The position numbers and the translations under genes were made by a program. The notes under the pieces were generated by a model, which saw nothing but the letters and a program-made list of their open reading frames with translations, was not told the origin of the DNA and searched no databases. From Gammaproteobacteria bacterium (GTDB lineage Bacteria > Pseudomonadota > Gammaproteobacteria > Eutrophobiales > Eutrophobiaceae), in assembly GCA_963422205.2 (NCBI GenBank), contig CAXMWX010000005.1, forward strand, positions 1-64,000: a DNA stretch of 64,000 nt, written 5' to 3'. Every line of letters starts with the position of its first letter. Position 1 is the stretch's first letter. This document shows, in pieces, positions 8,878 to 18,977 of the stretch.

Positions 8878-9480
8878 TCAGAACTCAATCCCTTTTTGTG
8901 CGCTCACGCCCTGATTAAAGGCATGTTTAATCTCTTTGACCTCGCTGATCGTATCAGCAACCGCCAGAAGCTCAGGTATGGCGTCACGTCCGGTCAGGAT
9001 CACGTTCTGGCGTGCTGGCCGTGCCGTGAGGGCGGCCACCACCTGATGCACATCCAGGTAGTTGTACATGAACATATACGTGATCTCATCCAGCAGCAAC
9101 ATGGCGTATTCAGGCGAGCGCAGGATGATCTCAGCCTCTGCCCACACACTCTGCGCCGCCGCCGTGTCTTTCTCCTTATCCTGCGTATCCCAGGTAAACC
9201 CGGTACCCATGACATGGTAGGTCACGTGTTCCTGCTTGCTGAAAAATTTGTGCTCGCCCGTCTTCCACTTGCCCTTGATGAACTGCACAACAGCCACCCT
9301 CTTCCCATGCCCCAGGCTGCGCGCCAGCGTGCCAAAGGCCGAGCTGCTCTTACCCTTGCCCTGCCCGTAGAGATAGATGATGACGCCACGCCGAATCTTT
9401 GCCCGGGCGATGCGAGCGCGCACCTCCTGTTGCTGCTCCTGCATCCTGGCTTTGTGCGCCGCCGCCTCGTGATTTGTCAT
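8878..9480 (-). CDS. cobO: Cob(I)yrinic acid a,c-diamide adenosyltransferase (CobO/BtuR)
   Basis: GQGKGKSSSAFG, VVQFIKG, MGTGFTWDTQ, LLDEI and KHAF..G..AQKGIEF motifs. Confidence 0.95.
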   Translation of the reverse strand: MTNHEAAAHKARMQEQQQEVRARIARAKIRRGVIIYLYGQGKGKSSSAFGTLARSLGHGKRVAVVQFIKGKWKTGEHKFFSKQEHVTYHVMGTGFTWDTQDKEKDTAAAQSVWAEAEIILRSPEYAMLLLDEITYMFMYNYLDVHQVVAALTARPARQNVILTGRDAIPELLAVADTISEVKEIKHAFNQGVSAQKGIEF

Positions 9481-9510
9481 GGCGCGTATACTAACACAGA
9501 ACACGATGCA

Positions 9511-11367
9511 CTAACGGCTTCGATAGCGCAGGCCCACAAAAAAATTTCTGCCAAAGCTGTTATAGGTCGCCACGGTGTGATAGTCCTTGTCAAGCAGGTT
9601 AGCCACCTTCGCACTGAAGCTGAGCCGGTGATTTACCCGGTATTCAGCCAACACGTCCAGCGTCACAAAACCGCCCACCCGAATAGAATTAGCGGTATCA
9701 TCAAACCGATTACCCTCGGCCAGCACCCGGCCCGCCAATGAGAGCGCGCCGAACTCGCGTTTCAGATCCAGGGTAAGCTGCTGCTTCACCCGCCGCGGCA
9801 GACGCCGGCCGGTCTCCTCATCTTCCGGCTCAAGGTATTCCGCCGCCAGATGGACCTGCCAGCCCTGCCAGTTAGCCTCCAGCACCGCCTCGATCCCGCT
9901 GACACTGGCGGTGCCGACATTGTTCAGCAAGCAAGAGAAATCCACCGGGTTGAATGTGGTGACGATCAGATCTTCAAAGGTGGTACGGTAGGCCGATACG
10001 GCCCAGGCTATCATACCATCCTGCCGCCCGCCGGCCAGACCGGCCTCCCAGGAAGCGGCAGTTTCCGGTTGCAGCCCCGGATTACTGCACCCCGGGAAGA
10101 ACAACTCATTGAAGGTCGGCGTCTTGTAGGCCGTGCCATAGGAAGCATACAGGCGTAACCCGCCCTGCCAGCGATAACGCCAGCCTACTGAGCCGGTGAT
10201 CTTGCTGCCAAAAGCCTGATCATCATCTCGGCGCACGGAGGCGATGAGTTGATGCCCCTGATAATTGCCGCTGTATTGCCCGTAAAGGCCGAGGTTGTCT
10301 CTGGAGGTGGCGGTATAGGCGGTGTTGCTGTCGATCTCATCGTTGCGGTAGTCCACGCCAAAGCTGACATCGTGCTGTGCAACCAGTTGCACATCATGCC
10401 GCCAGGATAGCTGCCGTCTTTGCGTGTTAAAGCGTGAGCGGAATGCGCCATCGGCAGCAAAGTCATCGGACTTATCCTGACTCTGGCTCAGGCGTAGCTG
10501 CATCGCCCAGTTATCCAGGGGCCGTAACCGCAGATTCCCGCCAACGACCTGTTGCACAAACTCGGATTTATCCGTGAAGCTGCCGTCAAATTCGGTGTCC
10601 CCTTCCGCATGCAGCATGAAGGCATCCAGCTCGCCGCCATCGCCGAAGGCATAGCCGCCACGAAGGTGTACGGACAGATTGTCGTAACCATCTTTATCCG
10701 GCTGGTCAACGCCAAAGCGGCCCGGCGTCGGCTGCCGTGCATCGATGCCGGCTGAATCAAAATAGGACACGGCCGCGCTGTAGTTCATACTCTCCTCTGC
10801 ACCGCTGATGCCAGCAGAGACGGTTGCCGTATCGTATGAGCCAGCGCCCGCATCCAGGACATACAGAGGGGTATCGCCTTTGCCCCTTCGGGTAAAGATA
10901 TGAATGACGCCGCCAAGCGCCTCAGACCCCCAGATGCTGGAATGCGGGCCACGGACGATCTCAATGCGCTCAATCTGGCTGACGGGAATGTATTGAAAGG
11001 CGGCGATGCCTGCGGTCGCTGATTCTATCCGCACACCATCGAGCAACACCAGCACATGGTCTGTCTCTGATCCTCGTACCCGCACGCCTGTGACTTTGCC
11101 GTAGCCTCCGTTGGTGGTGACATCCACGCCGGCAACGCCGCTGAGTAATTGCGGCAGGGAAGCCACCTGCAAGGTCTCGATATCTTCACGGCGGATGATT
11201 GATACGGATGTGGGCAGTTTCTCTCTTGCCGTTGGTCGGCGTGTCGCTGTCACGACCACCTCTTCCGGGCTGGCCTGTTCAGCGCGGGCAGTCCAGCCGG
11301 CCGCACGGGTAACGGGGTTCGCCATACCGAAGCAGGCGAGTAATACAAATACAACGGGAGTTTTCAT
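9511..11367 (-). CDS. btuB: TonB-dependent vitamin B12 receptor
   Basis: Signal peptide, EEVVVTATR TonB box, IERIEIVRGPHSSIWG plug motif, C-terminal NLLDKDY..GRNFFVGLRY; downstream of a cobalamin riboswitch. Start placed at ATG 11367. Confidence 0.9.
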   Translation of the reverse strand: MKTPVVFVLLACFGMANPVTRAAGWTARAEQASPEEVVVTATRRPTAREKLPTSVSIIRREDIETLQVASLPQLLSGVAGVDVTTNGGYGKVTGVRVRGSETDHVLVLLDGVRIESATAGIAAFQYIPVSQIERIEIVRGPHSSIWGSEALGGVIHIFTRRGKGDTPLYVLDAGAGSYDTATVSAGISGAEESMNYSAAVSYFDSAGIDARQPTPGRFGVDQPDKDGYDNLSVHLRGGYAFGDGGELDAFMLHAEGDTEFDGSFTDKSEFVQQVVGGNLRLRPLDNWAMQLRLSQSQDKSDDFAADGAFRSRFNTQRRQLSWRHDVQLVAQHDVSFGVDYRNDEIDSNTAYTATSRDNLGLYGQYSGNYQGHQLIASVRRDDDQAFGSKITGSVGWRYRWQGGLRLYASYGTAYKTPTFNELFFPGCSNPGLQPETAASWEAGLAGGRQDGMIAWAVSAYRTTFEDLIVTTFNPVDFSCLLNNVGTASVSGIEAVLEANWQGWQVHLAAEYLEPEDEETGRRLPRRVKQQLTLDLKREFGALSLAGRVLAEGNRFDDTANSIRVGGFVTLDVLAEYRVNHRLSFSAKVANLLDKDYHTVATYNSFGRNFFVGLRYRSR

Positions 11368-11509
11368 AATCTTTACTCCTAATAGAATCCTCAAAACAGC
11401 AGGACGGATCCTGATCAGTAGCAAAGGGGAGATTGAGCGTGGTGCCGCCCTATGTCGCCCTCCGCAACATGTCGCTGTGCACCCCGGAAATACCGGAGCA
11501 TGAACGCAT

Positions 11510-11700
11510 CCAGGCCGGTATCCGGACTGACAGCCGTTAGCTTGTGTCAGGCTAACGCTCTGAACACCTTCCCATGTCATACACAGTGGTATACGTTCAG
11601 ATTTCGGCTGATCACCGTTGCGGGGGCAGTGTTGGATTTCTGCTTAACTCACCAAACTTCCCGTTAATCCAGACAGCCAAGTGGGCTGGCTGAAAACTCA
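11510..11700 (-). promoter_or_regulatory. Cobalamin (AdoCbl) riboswitch
   Basis: Minus strand reads AACGGGAAGTTTGGTG...AAATCCAACACTGCCCCCGCAACGGTG...CCACTG...GGGAAGG...AGTCCGGATACCGGCCTGG (B12 box). Confidence 0.92.
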
Positions 11701-11871
11701 AGATACGGTGGCGGATTGTAGAGAATACATAAACACAATGCAACGCTGACCTTAAAAACAGCAGGAAGGCATCGTATCAGTCCAGTCATTTGCCCAGTCA
11801 TTTGTGTCGGCACACAAAACAATCCGATGGCGATTTTTGCCGAAACCGGCATCAGTGATCAATAATACGGC

Positions 11872-12489
11872 ATGAGTAAGACACACCTGATAACGACTAT
11901 TGATTTTCTGCGCCACGGCGAGTGTCATGGGGGCGAGATATTTCGTGGTTCGACTGACGTTGAACTCACTGAAGCCGGCTGGAACAGCATGTTGCAGGTT
12001 ATCGAAAGCCGTAAACAGGCCGGGCTGTGGGAGCATATCGTCACCTCGCCGCTGCGACGGTGCCAGTGTTTCGCTGAACAATTACACGCTGAACATGCCA
12101 TACCCCTCAGCATTGAAGGCGATTTCCGGGAGATGGATTTTGGTGACTGGGAGGGCCAGGATGTGAATAAAATCAGGCGGCAGGAAACAGAAAAAGTCAA
12201 CAGCTTGTATCATGCGCCGGCGGAGTTCCAGGCACCGAATGGCGAGACCATGTCTGCCTTCGGCAAGCGCTTGTTTCATTGCAGTCATAGAGTGATACAG
12301 CAACACCGGGGCAAGCATCTGCTGTTTATCCAGCACGGCGGCACTATCCGTATGTTATTGACACAGTTACTGTCCATGCCGGTCTCAGCCATGGCGTGTT
12401 TTAAGGTGCCATATACCTGTTTCAGCCGGGTAAGCATCCACCATGATGGCGACACAGACACCGCTTATCTGGAATTTCATAACGTGTAG
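11872..12489 (+). CDS. cobC: Histidine phosphatase family protein (alpha-ribazole phosphatase, CobC-like)
   Basis: LRHGE, TSPLRRC, EMDFGDWEG and HGGTIR motifs; in the B12 cluster. Confidence 0.7.
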   Translation: MSKTHLITTIDFLRHGECHGGEIFRGSTDVELTEAGWNSMLQVIESRKQAGLWEHIVTSPLRRCQCFAEQLHAEHAIPLSIEGDFREMDFGDWEGQDVNKIRRQETEKVNSLYHAPAEFQAPNGETMSAFGKRLFHCSHRVIQQHRGKHLLFIQHGGTIRMLLTQLLSMPVSAMACFKVPYTCFSRVSIHHDGDTDTAYLEFHNV

Positions 12490-12562
12490 TGACTTAACAT
12501 GGATCGCCTGCGCCCTGTAATTTTTCAGGCGTAACCGCACACAACAGCACACAGACCATGCG

Positions 12563-13453
12563 ATGAGTTTACCGGACAGAAGACGTTTATTCCTGCTCGC
12601 CTTGCTGGCAGCAGTCACACAGCAGGCGAACGCCATTCAGGTGATTGATGACATCGGCAATCGTATCACCCTGGACAAACCGGCGGTACGCATTATCAGC
12701 CTGGCCCCGCACATCACCGAGAATTTATTCAGCGCCGGGGCCGGTCATCAGATCGTCGGTACTGTTAATTTCAGCGATTACCCGGAACAGGCAAAATCTA
12801 TTTCACAGGTGGGTGGTTATAATAATATTAACATTGAGGAGATCGTCGCATTGCAGCCGGATATGGTCATCGCCTGGAAAGAGGGCAATCAAAAAAATCA
12901 GGTAGAGAAATTGATCGCACTGAATATCCCGGTCTATGTGAATGAGTCTTTCCGGCTTGAGGACATCGCCAGCGATATCAGGCGTTTCGGCATCATGACC
13001 GGCAATGAAAGTGTGGCAAACTTCAACGCCAATAATTTTCTACAGCAACTTGAAAGACTAAAAACAACATATAAGATCAAAAATAAAATAGCCGTTTTTT
13101 ATCAGGTGTGGCACACTCCGCTGATTACTGTCAGCCCGAATCACATTATCGGTCATATTATTACGCTGTGCGGGGGTAACAACATCTTTTCCGACCTGCC
13201 TGCCCTCACGCCAAAGATAAGCATTGAAGCGGTTATCGCCAAAGACCCGGAGGTCATCATCGCCAGCGGCATGGATGAGTCCCGACCTGAATGGCTGGAG
13301 GGCTGGAGAGAATGGCAACATCTGACGGCCGTGAAACAGGATAACCTGTTTTTTATCCGGCCCGACATTATTCAACGTCACACCGTGCGTATCTTATCCG
13401 GGGCAAGGCAGATGTGTGTTGATCTGGATCGGGCAAGGCAAAGACGATATTGA
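12563..13453 (+). CDS. btuF: Periplasmic cobalamin-binding protein
   Basis: RIISLAPHITENLF, SDYPEQA, EEIVALQPD and EAVIAKDPEVII motifs. Confidence 0.88.
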   Translation: MSLPDRRRLFLLALLAAVTQQANAIQVIDDIGNRITLDKPAVRIISLAPHITENLFSAGAGHQIVGTVNFSDYPEQAKSISQVGGYNNINIEEIVALQPDMVIAWKEGNQKNQVEKLIALNIPVYVNESFRLEDIASDIRRFGIMTGNESVANFNANNFLQQLERLKTTYKIKNKIAVFYQVWHTPLITVSPNHIIGHIITLCGGNNIFSDLPALTPKISIEAVIAKDPEVIIASGMDESRPEWLEGWREWQHLTAVKQDNLFFIRPDIIQRHTVRILSGARQMCVDLDRARQRRY

Positions 13454-13487
13454 ACTCGCCTGATCTGCGGCAAAGAGAAACGTGTTG

Positions 13488-14741
13488 CTACAAACCGAAG
13501 GTTTCAAAAATCGTGAACTGCTGCCGGGCCAGTTCCGCCCTGGCGCGTACGGTAAACCTGCCCGAGGCCACGATCTGGACTGAGTGAAAACCCGCCTCCT
13601 CGGCACGTTGTGAAATCGCTGCCAGCATATCGGCGGTGTCCTGATCCCAGTGGAAAATATCCCCGCGGGAGAAGACGATTAAGGCATTGTCTGTGCTGAT
13701 CGCCTGTAGCTGCCCATCTGTCAGACTGAGCAGGCGTAGCTGTGCATGGTGATGATGATAATACGCTAACTGTCTGGCCTGTTCCAGCACCGCCCTGGCA
13801 TCGCTTAAATTATTCGCCTGCAAGGCAGCAAAAAAGAAGGCCGTGATATTATGCAGATCAGGGATCGCCTTGAGATAATAAATAATGCGAGTCTGGTAGC
13901 TGGGAGAGTAAAGCGGATGTTGTAGAAAACGATCACGGATAGCCGATGGCAGCCCCATAGCCGTCAGCTTGCTGTGGTTGGATAAATATAATTGATCCAT
14001 GTTCAGGTTTCGCAGAGATGATTTTATCTCCCGTTCGATTGCCTGATCTTCCAGCTTGCTTTTTTCTACCCGTGATAAACCCCCTGATGGCAGGCCAGCA
14101 GAAATCGCTCCGGCACTGCGTTGATGCGCTACTGCATTCAGAAACTCCTGCACCTCGGGGTTATGCGAATAGACATCCAGTCCCCATTGGCTGGCAATGT
14201 TACGTTTATGCCGGGTAAAGGCTGCATCAAGCGAGCCCTGCCCCCGCAAGCGGTAGGGGCTTTGCTCTGCATTGGGCGGGGCATTAAATGGGGCGGTGAA
14301 GGTTTGATCCAGATTCTCGGCAGCCTGCCCGACAAGGTGCGTTACGCTTTGTATCGGTCTTGCAATGATATCGATCACCGAATCTGCACGAAGCATCAGT
14401 TGACCATGCGCCTCATCTAAGGCATGTTGATTTTGCCGGGCAAACTGGGATAAGGCAGCGCCCACTATCGTGATCTCCTGGATGCGATCACGCAGCAGCG
14501 GCAGGGTGTGAATCGTGTGTCCGGCAAACGCGGTCTCTACATAAAACTCATAGTCCCGCCCTGTCAACTGAACCCCTTCCACCTTGTGATAAGCTGACTC
14601 CGCCTGCTGCGGGCTGATGATCTCCGTGATTGGGGTATCCTCCGTGATTGGGGTATCCGGTGCAGCTTCGAATGCAGAAACAGCAGACATGGCAAAAAGT
14701 GACAGCAGGGTGAAAAACGGTCTGCTGTAATGACTGTTCAT
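13488..14741 (-). CDS. Hypothetical exported protein
   Basis: 417-aa ORF with a signal peptide and a DTPITE x2 repeat; no domain recognised. Confidence 0.7.
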   Translation of the reverse strand: MNSHYSRPFFTLLSLFAMSAVSAFEAAPDTPITEDTPITEIISPQQAESAYHKVEGVQLTGRDYEFYVETAFAGHTIHTLPLLRDRIQEITIVGAALSQFARQNQHALDEAHGQLMLRADSVIDIIARPIQSVTHLVGQAAENLDQTFTAPFNAPPNAEQSPYRLRGQGSLDAAFTRHKRNIASQWGLDVYSHNPEVQEFLNAVAHQRSAGAISAGLPSGGLSRVEKSKLEDQAIEREIKSSLRNLNMDQLYLSNHSKLTAMGLPSAIRDRFLQHPLYSPSYQTRIIYYLKAIPDLHNITAFFFAALQANNLSDARAVLEQARQLAYYHHHHAQLRLLSLTDGQLQAISTDNALIVFSRGDIFHWDQDTADMLAAISQRAEEAGFHSVQIVASGRFTVRARAELARQQFTIFETFGL

Positions 14742-14991
14742 CAGATTCTCCCAGCAGTTACGGAATTATCATCAGTTTTCAGGAATTTTTTCCCCAGATT
14801 ATTTTCCCAAGACTGTTTTCTTAGAGTCATTTTTCCTGGGCTGTCCTCCAGCGCCCTTATTCTGCTGGCGCCGTGCAAGCCCGTGCCATGCTTTTATGTC
14901 TCTGCCTGCGTTTGCCTTTTCTGCTCCCCCGCCTGCCTTCGGCAGACCCGTACCGGCGCCGATTGTTGCAACCGCCTGAAGGTAACTCTTA

Positions 14992-16140
14992 CTATTTTTT
15001 CGCAGCGGCCGGGGCAGCAGGTGCTTTAGGGGTGATGGTCTTGTCAGCCGCTGGTGCCAATTCCGGGTGTTCGACCAAACCGCCTTTTAAGAAGTAGGCA
15101 TCAAAGCCTTTCTCAGTCATCAGAAATGCCGCCGTTGAACTGCGCCCGCCGGTGCCACAGAACAACACATAACGGGTATTGCGATCCAGCTTGTTCATTT
15201 CCATACGCAGAATATTCAGCGGGATATTGACTGCCCCATCAATCGTCGACTGTTTGTATTCTTTCGGGAATCTGATATCCACCCACTTACCACCTACCCC
15301 GACTATCTCCTGCGCCTGCTCTGTCGTCACGGATTGCAGGGTCGGTGCTTTGATCAGTTTATCAAACGACTCCTTGCTTAATTGCGCCACGATGCCCTGG
15401 CTTAACATTCTCACAGTAGCGTTTCGGACGGTCTCGGCAGTTAAGGCCTCCTCACCAAAACCATCGCCCGGCCCGAGCACCGCAAGTTTCAACTCTTTAT
15501 CACCCGTGGGCGGCTTACGTAACACCTCGCATTTGCCCTCCTGGATAACATAATAGTGCTCGCCCGGGTCGCCTTGCGTAATGACATTTTTGCCGGCGGG
15601 GTAGGTAACAGGTTCGAGTAAGACAAACAACTGATGCATGTTTGCCGCTGGCATACGGGTAAACAAGTCCGACTGCAACATCTTGGTCATCCAGTCAACA
15701 TCATCTTCTGCATCGATCTCGCTGACTTCAACCCCCGATACCATCTGCCCCTGCTTGCCAGCCTGCCCGTCAGCGGCCTCTCTTTCATGTAACACCATCA
15801 ACTTGTCCAGGGCATCACGGGGGATCCTAAAAACAACGGCCTTATCTTTCGTCCTGGCGGTAAACTGTCTTGGTTGTAACTGTGCCATCGCATAACGTGC
15901 CCGGTCGCTGTTGGCGCTGATCTCGCTATGCAGTTGCTTATTGGCCAGCAGTTCGATATCGCCTTGCAGCAGATAGTAGGAGAACTTGTCACGATCGCCC
16001 TGCTTGAATAAAATGCTTCCTTTTTTAAGCTGCTGAACATCCGCCTTTTTGATGATTTCATTGTGGATATGCTGCGGCAATTCGTTGATAGGAATGAGCT
16101 GATGTATCTTTGCCGCCAGAATGTTGCGTATTGCTGTCAT
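14992..16140 (-). CDS. Tandem cyclic nucleotide-binding domains plus C-terminal rhodanese domain
   Basis: LFKQGD..YYLLQG and ITQGDPGEHYYVIQEG...GFGEEAL...RNATVR (cNMP); VDIR...FCGTGGRS (rhodanese active-site Cys). Confidence 0.88.
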   Translation of the reverse strand: MTAIRNILAAKIHQLIPINELPQHIHNEIIKKADVQQLKKGSILFKQGDRDKFSYYLLQGDIELLANKQLHSEISANSDRARYAMAQLQPRQFTARTKDKAVVFRIPRDALDKLMVLHEREAADGQAGKQGQMVSGVEVSEIDAEDDVDWMTKMLQSDLFTRMPAANMHQLFVLLEPVTYPAGKNVITQGDPGEHYYVIQEGKCEVLRKPPTGDKELKLAVLGPGDGFGEEALTAETVRNATVRMLSQGIVAQLSKESFDKLIKAPTLQSVTTEQAQEIVGVGGKWVDIRFPKEYKQSTIDGAVNIPLNILRMEMNKLDRNTRYVLFCGTGGRSSTAAFLMTEKGFDAYFLKGGLVEHPELAPAADKTITPKAPAAPAAAKK

Positions 16141-16413
16141 GTTCTCTCACTTCAGTTGAAATATAAGTAAAGCATTGATGTATCTGGCCTGGCAGCTTGT
16201 GCTTGACAACGTGCCGACCGCCTTTACGCTGCATTATATACGCAACATGCCGGACATGCACCTTTGCGCTGCCCCCCTGCAACCCTGCCATAAAAGCCTA
16301 TAAAATAACAGTAATATCAATCGGTTACGGAAAAACCCTGACGGTAGCGCCGCGGGGGTTTGCATCACCGTCAGGAGCAAAGACGCACCGCCAGGGGGCT
16401 GGCGTGAGGGCAA

Positions 16414-16602
16414 TCAGTTGTTACTCATTACGATGAGAAAAAAGACGAACAACCCGACCAGGACAAGCGGGATCAGCGCGCTCATCCAGTCCGGGTTTTC
16501 AACCTCACGACTCTCCCGCATCGCCCGCTTTGCACCGGGCCAAAACAAAAACAGTACGACCACCGCCAGCAGACCGGCCATGATCGCCTCAAATAATTGC
16601 AT
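16414..16602 (-). CDS. Small two-TM membrane protein
   Basis: MQLFEAIMAGLLAVVVLFLFWPG...DWMSALIPLVLVGLFVFFLI, preceded by a GAGAGG RBS. Confidence 0.65.
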   Translation of the reverse strand: MQLFEAIMAGLLAVVVLFLFWPGAKRAMRESREVENPDWMSALIPLVLVGLFVFFLIVMSNN

Positions 16603-16704
16603 AACCCTCTCCCTCACGCACCATGAATAGGATCCTGGACAGGTTTTATTCTACCGCCCGAAGGAGAGTGCATATCGATTTAACCATCGCCGTGATACCC
16701 TCTA

Positions 16705-17937
16705 TCATGCCTTGTCAGGAAAGCAGCCGACTTGAGCGCTTGATGACATAAAATCGCTGATTATGCCGGCCGCCCGTCCCCAGATAAATTTTTCAGAAAA
16801 ATCCAAGCCTTTCTGAATGATATATTCTCTGTACTGGCCGTCAGATAATACTTTATCGCACTTGTTAAAAATATCTACCTCATCAGTTGGTTCAACGAGC
16901 AGGTCTTTATAAGGCACCAACTCACACATGGGAGAGCGATTTGAAGTAATGACCGGAGTCCCACAAGCCTGCGCCTCTATCACAGGCAGCCCATAGCCTT
17001 CTGCCAAACTCGGGAAAAGCACGAACTCGGCCTGCCCATAATACTGCTTTAATTTTGACTCATCGACAAAATCATGAATGATGACATCCTCCCCTGCAAT
17101 AAGGGAATTTTCTGCTATATAACGCAAAGTCAATTTTCTATCTCTTCTAAAATTAACATGACCAATTTTGATGAGTTTTATATGTGGGTATCTACTTTTT
17201 ATCAAGGCAAAGGCTTTCATAATATATTCCATGTTTTTTCTGGGAATTTCTGTTCCTATGCTCAATATATATTGATAATCAAACAGTTTGGGCTTTTTAC
17301 CATTGACATTAAATATGTTCTTATCAATACCCAGATTAATCAAAACCAGGTTTTTTTCTACGACTCCCATGCGCTTTAAATACTGATAAGAGTTCTGGTT
17401 GGTAAAAAATAGCTTATCGCACTTGAGCAGGGCGTTTTCTGTTATTGTCGTTTTTACCTTGCAAAATAAAGGCGAAGTGGATTCTTTATTTAAGTAAAAA
17501 TGATCATGAAATACGCCGTATAATTTAATATTCTTTCCATAAAGCACAGATAAAATATTAAATGGCCTAGAATAAGTATCTGTAAAAAATACAATATAGG
17601 GTTTTACTTTTCTTATTATACATATCAGCTTAACTAAAAATAACAAGTCATAAGAGAACGCAATAGACTTATTCCAGGAATCCTTATAAAGTGAATTATT
17701 ATTATATTCTATCGTATCAATTTGATCAGACGATAAATATTTATAAATATTTATCGATACGGTGGCACAGGATGAGATTTCGCTGATGTTATTTATGTAT
17801 AACACTTTTCTCGTTAATTGATTACCGGCCTGAGCAATCGGCCTCCCATCTCTGTTGGTTTTTACGTCCATGTAGAGGGTCGTTATTTCAATATTGAGGG
17901 ACGAGGCAATCGGCTGATTTGATATATTCCTAAACAC
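16705..17937 (-). CDS. Glycosyltransferase family 4
   Basis: PRKN and FPSLAEGYGLPVIEAQACGTPVITSN motifs; visibly AT-rich. Confidence 0.9.
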   Translation of the reverse strand: MFRNISNQPIASSLNIEITTLYMDVKTNRDGRPIAQAGNQLTRKVLYINNISEISSCATVSINIYKYLSSDQIDTIEYNNNSLYKDSWNKSIAFSYDLLFLVKLICIIRKVKPYIVFFTDTYSRPFNILSVLYGKNIKLYGVFHDHFYLNKESTSPLFCKVKTTITENALLKCDKLFFTNQNSYQYLKRMGVVEKNLVLINLGIDKNIFNVNGKKPKLFDYQYILSIGTEIPRKNMEYIMKAFALIKSRYPHIKLIKIGHVNFRRDRKLTLRYIAENSLIAGEDVIIHDFVDESKLKQYYGQAEFVLFPSLAEGYGLPVIEAQACGTPVITSNRSPMCELVPYKDLLVEPTDEVDIFNKCDKVLSDGQYREYIIQKGLDFSEKFIWGRAAGIISDFMSSSAQVGCFPDKA

Positions 17938-18950
17938 ACAGTAGATCTCATTTTAGCTACTTGTGAATAGACAAAAATACCCGCTCTTCCAAATAGCAGC
18001 AACATGGCTTTTATTAAGGCCCGGTGTTTTTTACTCTCAAGTCTTATTCTATCTGTTAGAATTAACCAGGGTAGCTGATTTAATTTCAAGTTATGCTTTT
18101 CCAATTTGCCCAGAAACAACAGGATATCCTCAACGGGAGAAGCACTATACAATGGGAAGGTTGAAATGTGGCCTAAAATAATAGACCAATGCCAATACCT
18201 GTAATAGGCTTCTTGTAATGTTTCGCAGTCCTGAGACTGTTTTAGTAACTGCTGAATATTAATAATTGAATTATTGATAAAATCATCCATCTGGTTATTA
18301 TTTACGGTTTTTGTCGTGCTGCCTTCTCTCATGAGATAGTTATACAAAGGTTTATCTGTATAAGGCACTTCTCCCACCTCATTTTCAATCAGCATGGCTA
18401 TCAAAAATGGCGTATCTTCATATTTTCCTGTCGGAAATTTTACGTTATCAAACAGTTCTTTTTTATACAATCTATTAACGACTACACCAAGCCCTTTTTC
18501 TTTAAATATATGTATGATGGCTTGATGAGAATTACTGGCTGATAGATGATTTTTGATCCATGTTATTTGCGTGTTTGATTCAGAGACAAAAACAATATTA
18601 CATATACTGATCTTGGCCTGATATTTTTTTATCAGATCATAGAGTATCTTTAAGAAATCCCTGTGTACATAGTCATCACTGTCAATAAAGCTGATATACG
18701 CCCCTTTTGCTTTTGCTATACCGGTATTTCTGGCGATCCCCTGTCCCCGGTTTTGTGTGTGCTGAAAAACCTTAAATCGATCATCCTCTCCGGTCATCGC
18801 TTTGACCAGAGCGATGGCGTTATCCGTAGAACCATCATCAACGATAATACATTCAAAGTCGGTAAAGGTCTGCTCCAGGATGCTCTTAATACATGTCTCA
18901 ATATGGGCTTCGGTATTGTAGACCGGGATAATAATGCTGATTTCAGGCAC
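17883..18950 (-). CDS. Glycosyltransferase family 2
   Basis: ISIIIPVYN, IVDDGSTD, ARNTG and FIDSDD motifs. Confidence 0.92.
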   Translation of the reverse strand: MPEISIIIPVYNTEAHIETCIKSILEQTFTDFECIIVDDGSTDNAIALVKAMTGEDDRFKVFQHTQNRGQGIARNTGIAKAKGAYISFIDSDDYVHRDFLKILYDLIKKYQAKISICNIVFVSESNTQITWIKNHLSASNSHQAIIHIFKEKGLGVVVNRLYKKELFDNVKFPTGKYEDTPFLIAMLIENEVGEVPYTDKPLYNYLMREGSTTKTVNNNQMDDFINNSIINIQQLLKQSQDCETLQEAYYRYWHWSIILGHISTFPLYSASPVEDILLFLGKLEKHNLKLNQLPWLILTDRIRLESKKHRALIKAMLLLFGRAGIFVYSQVAKMRSTVCLGIYQISRLPRPSILK

Positions 18951-18977
18951 GGATTTCTGTATCGGGTTTGGGTCTTC

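Noticed and set aside
8590-8880. Genomic island integrated at the ssrA 3' end
   Set aside because: No integrase follows and I saw no duplicate of the ssrA 3' end in the window.
8863-9741. 292-aa plus-strand ORF, and similar long antisense ORFs (e.g. 27466-28617, 31298-32140, 57910-58677)
   Set aside because: They are shadows of well-supported genes on the opposite strand and carry no recognisable motifs.
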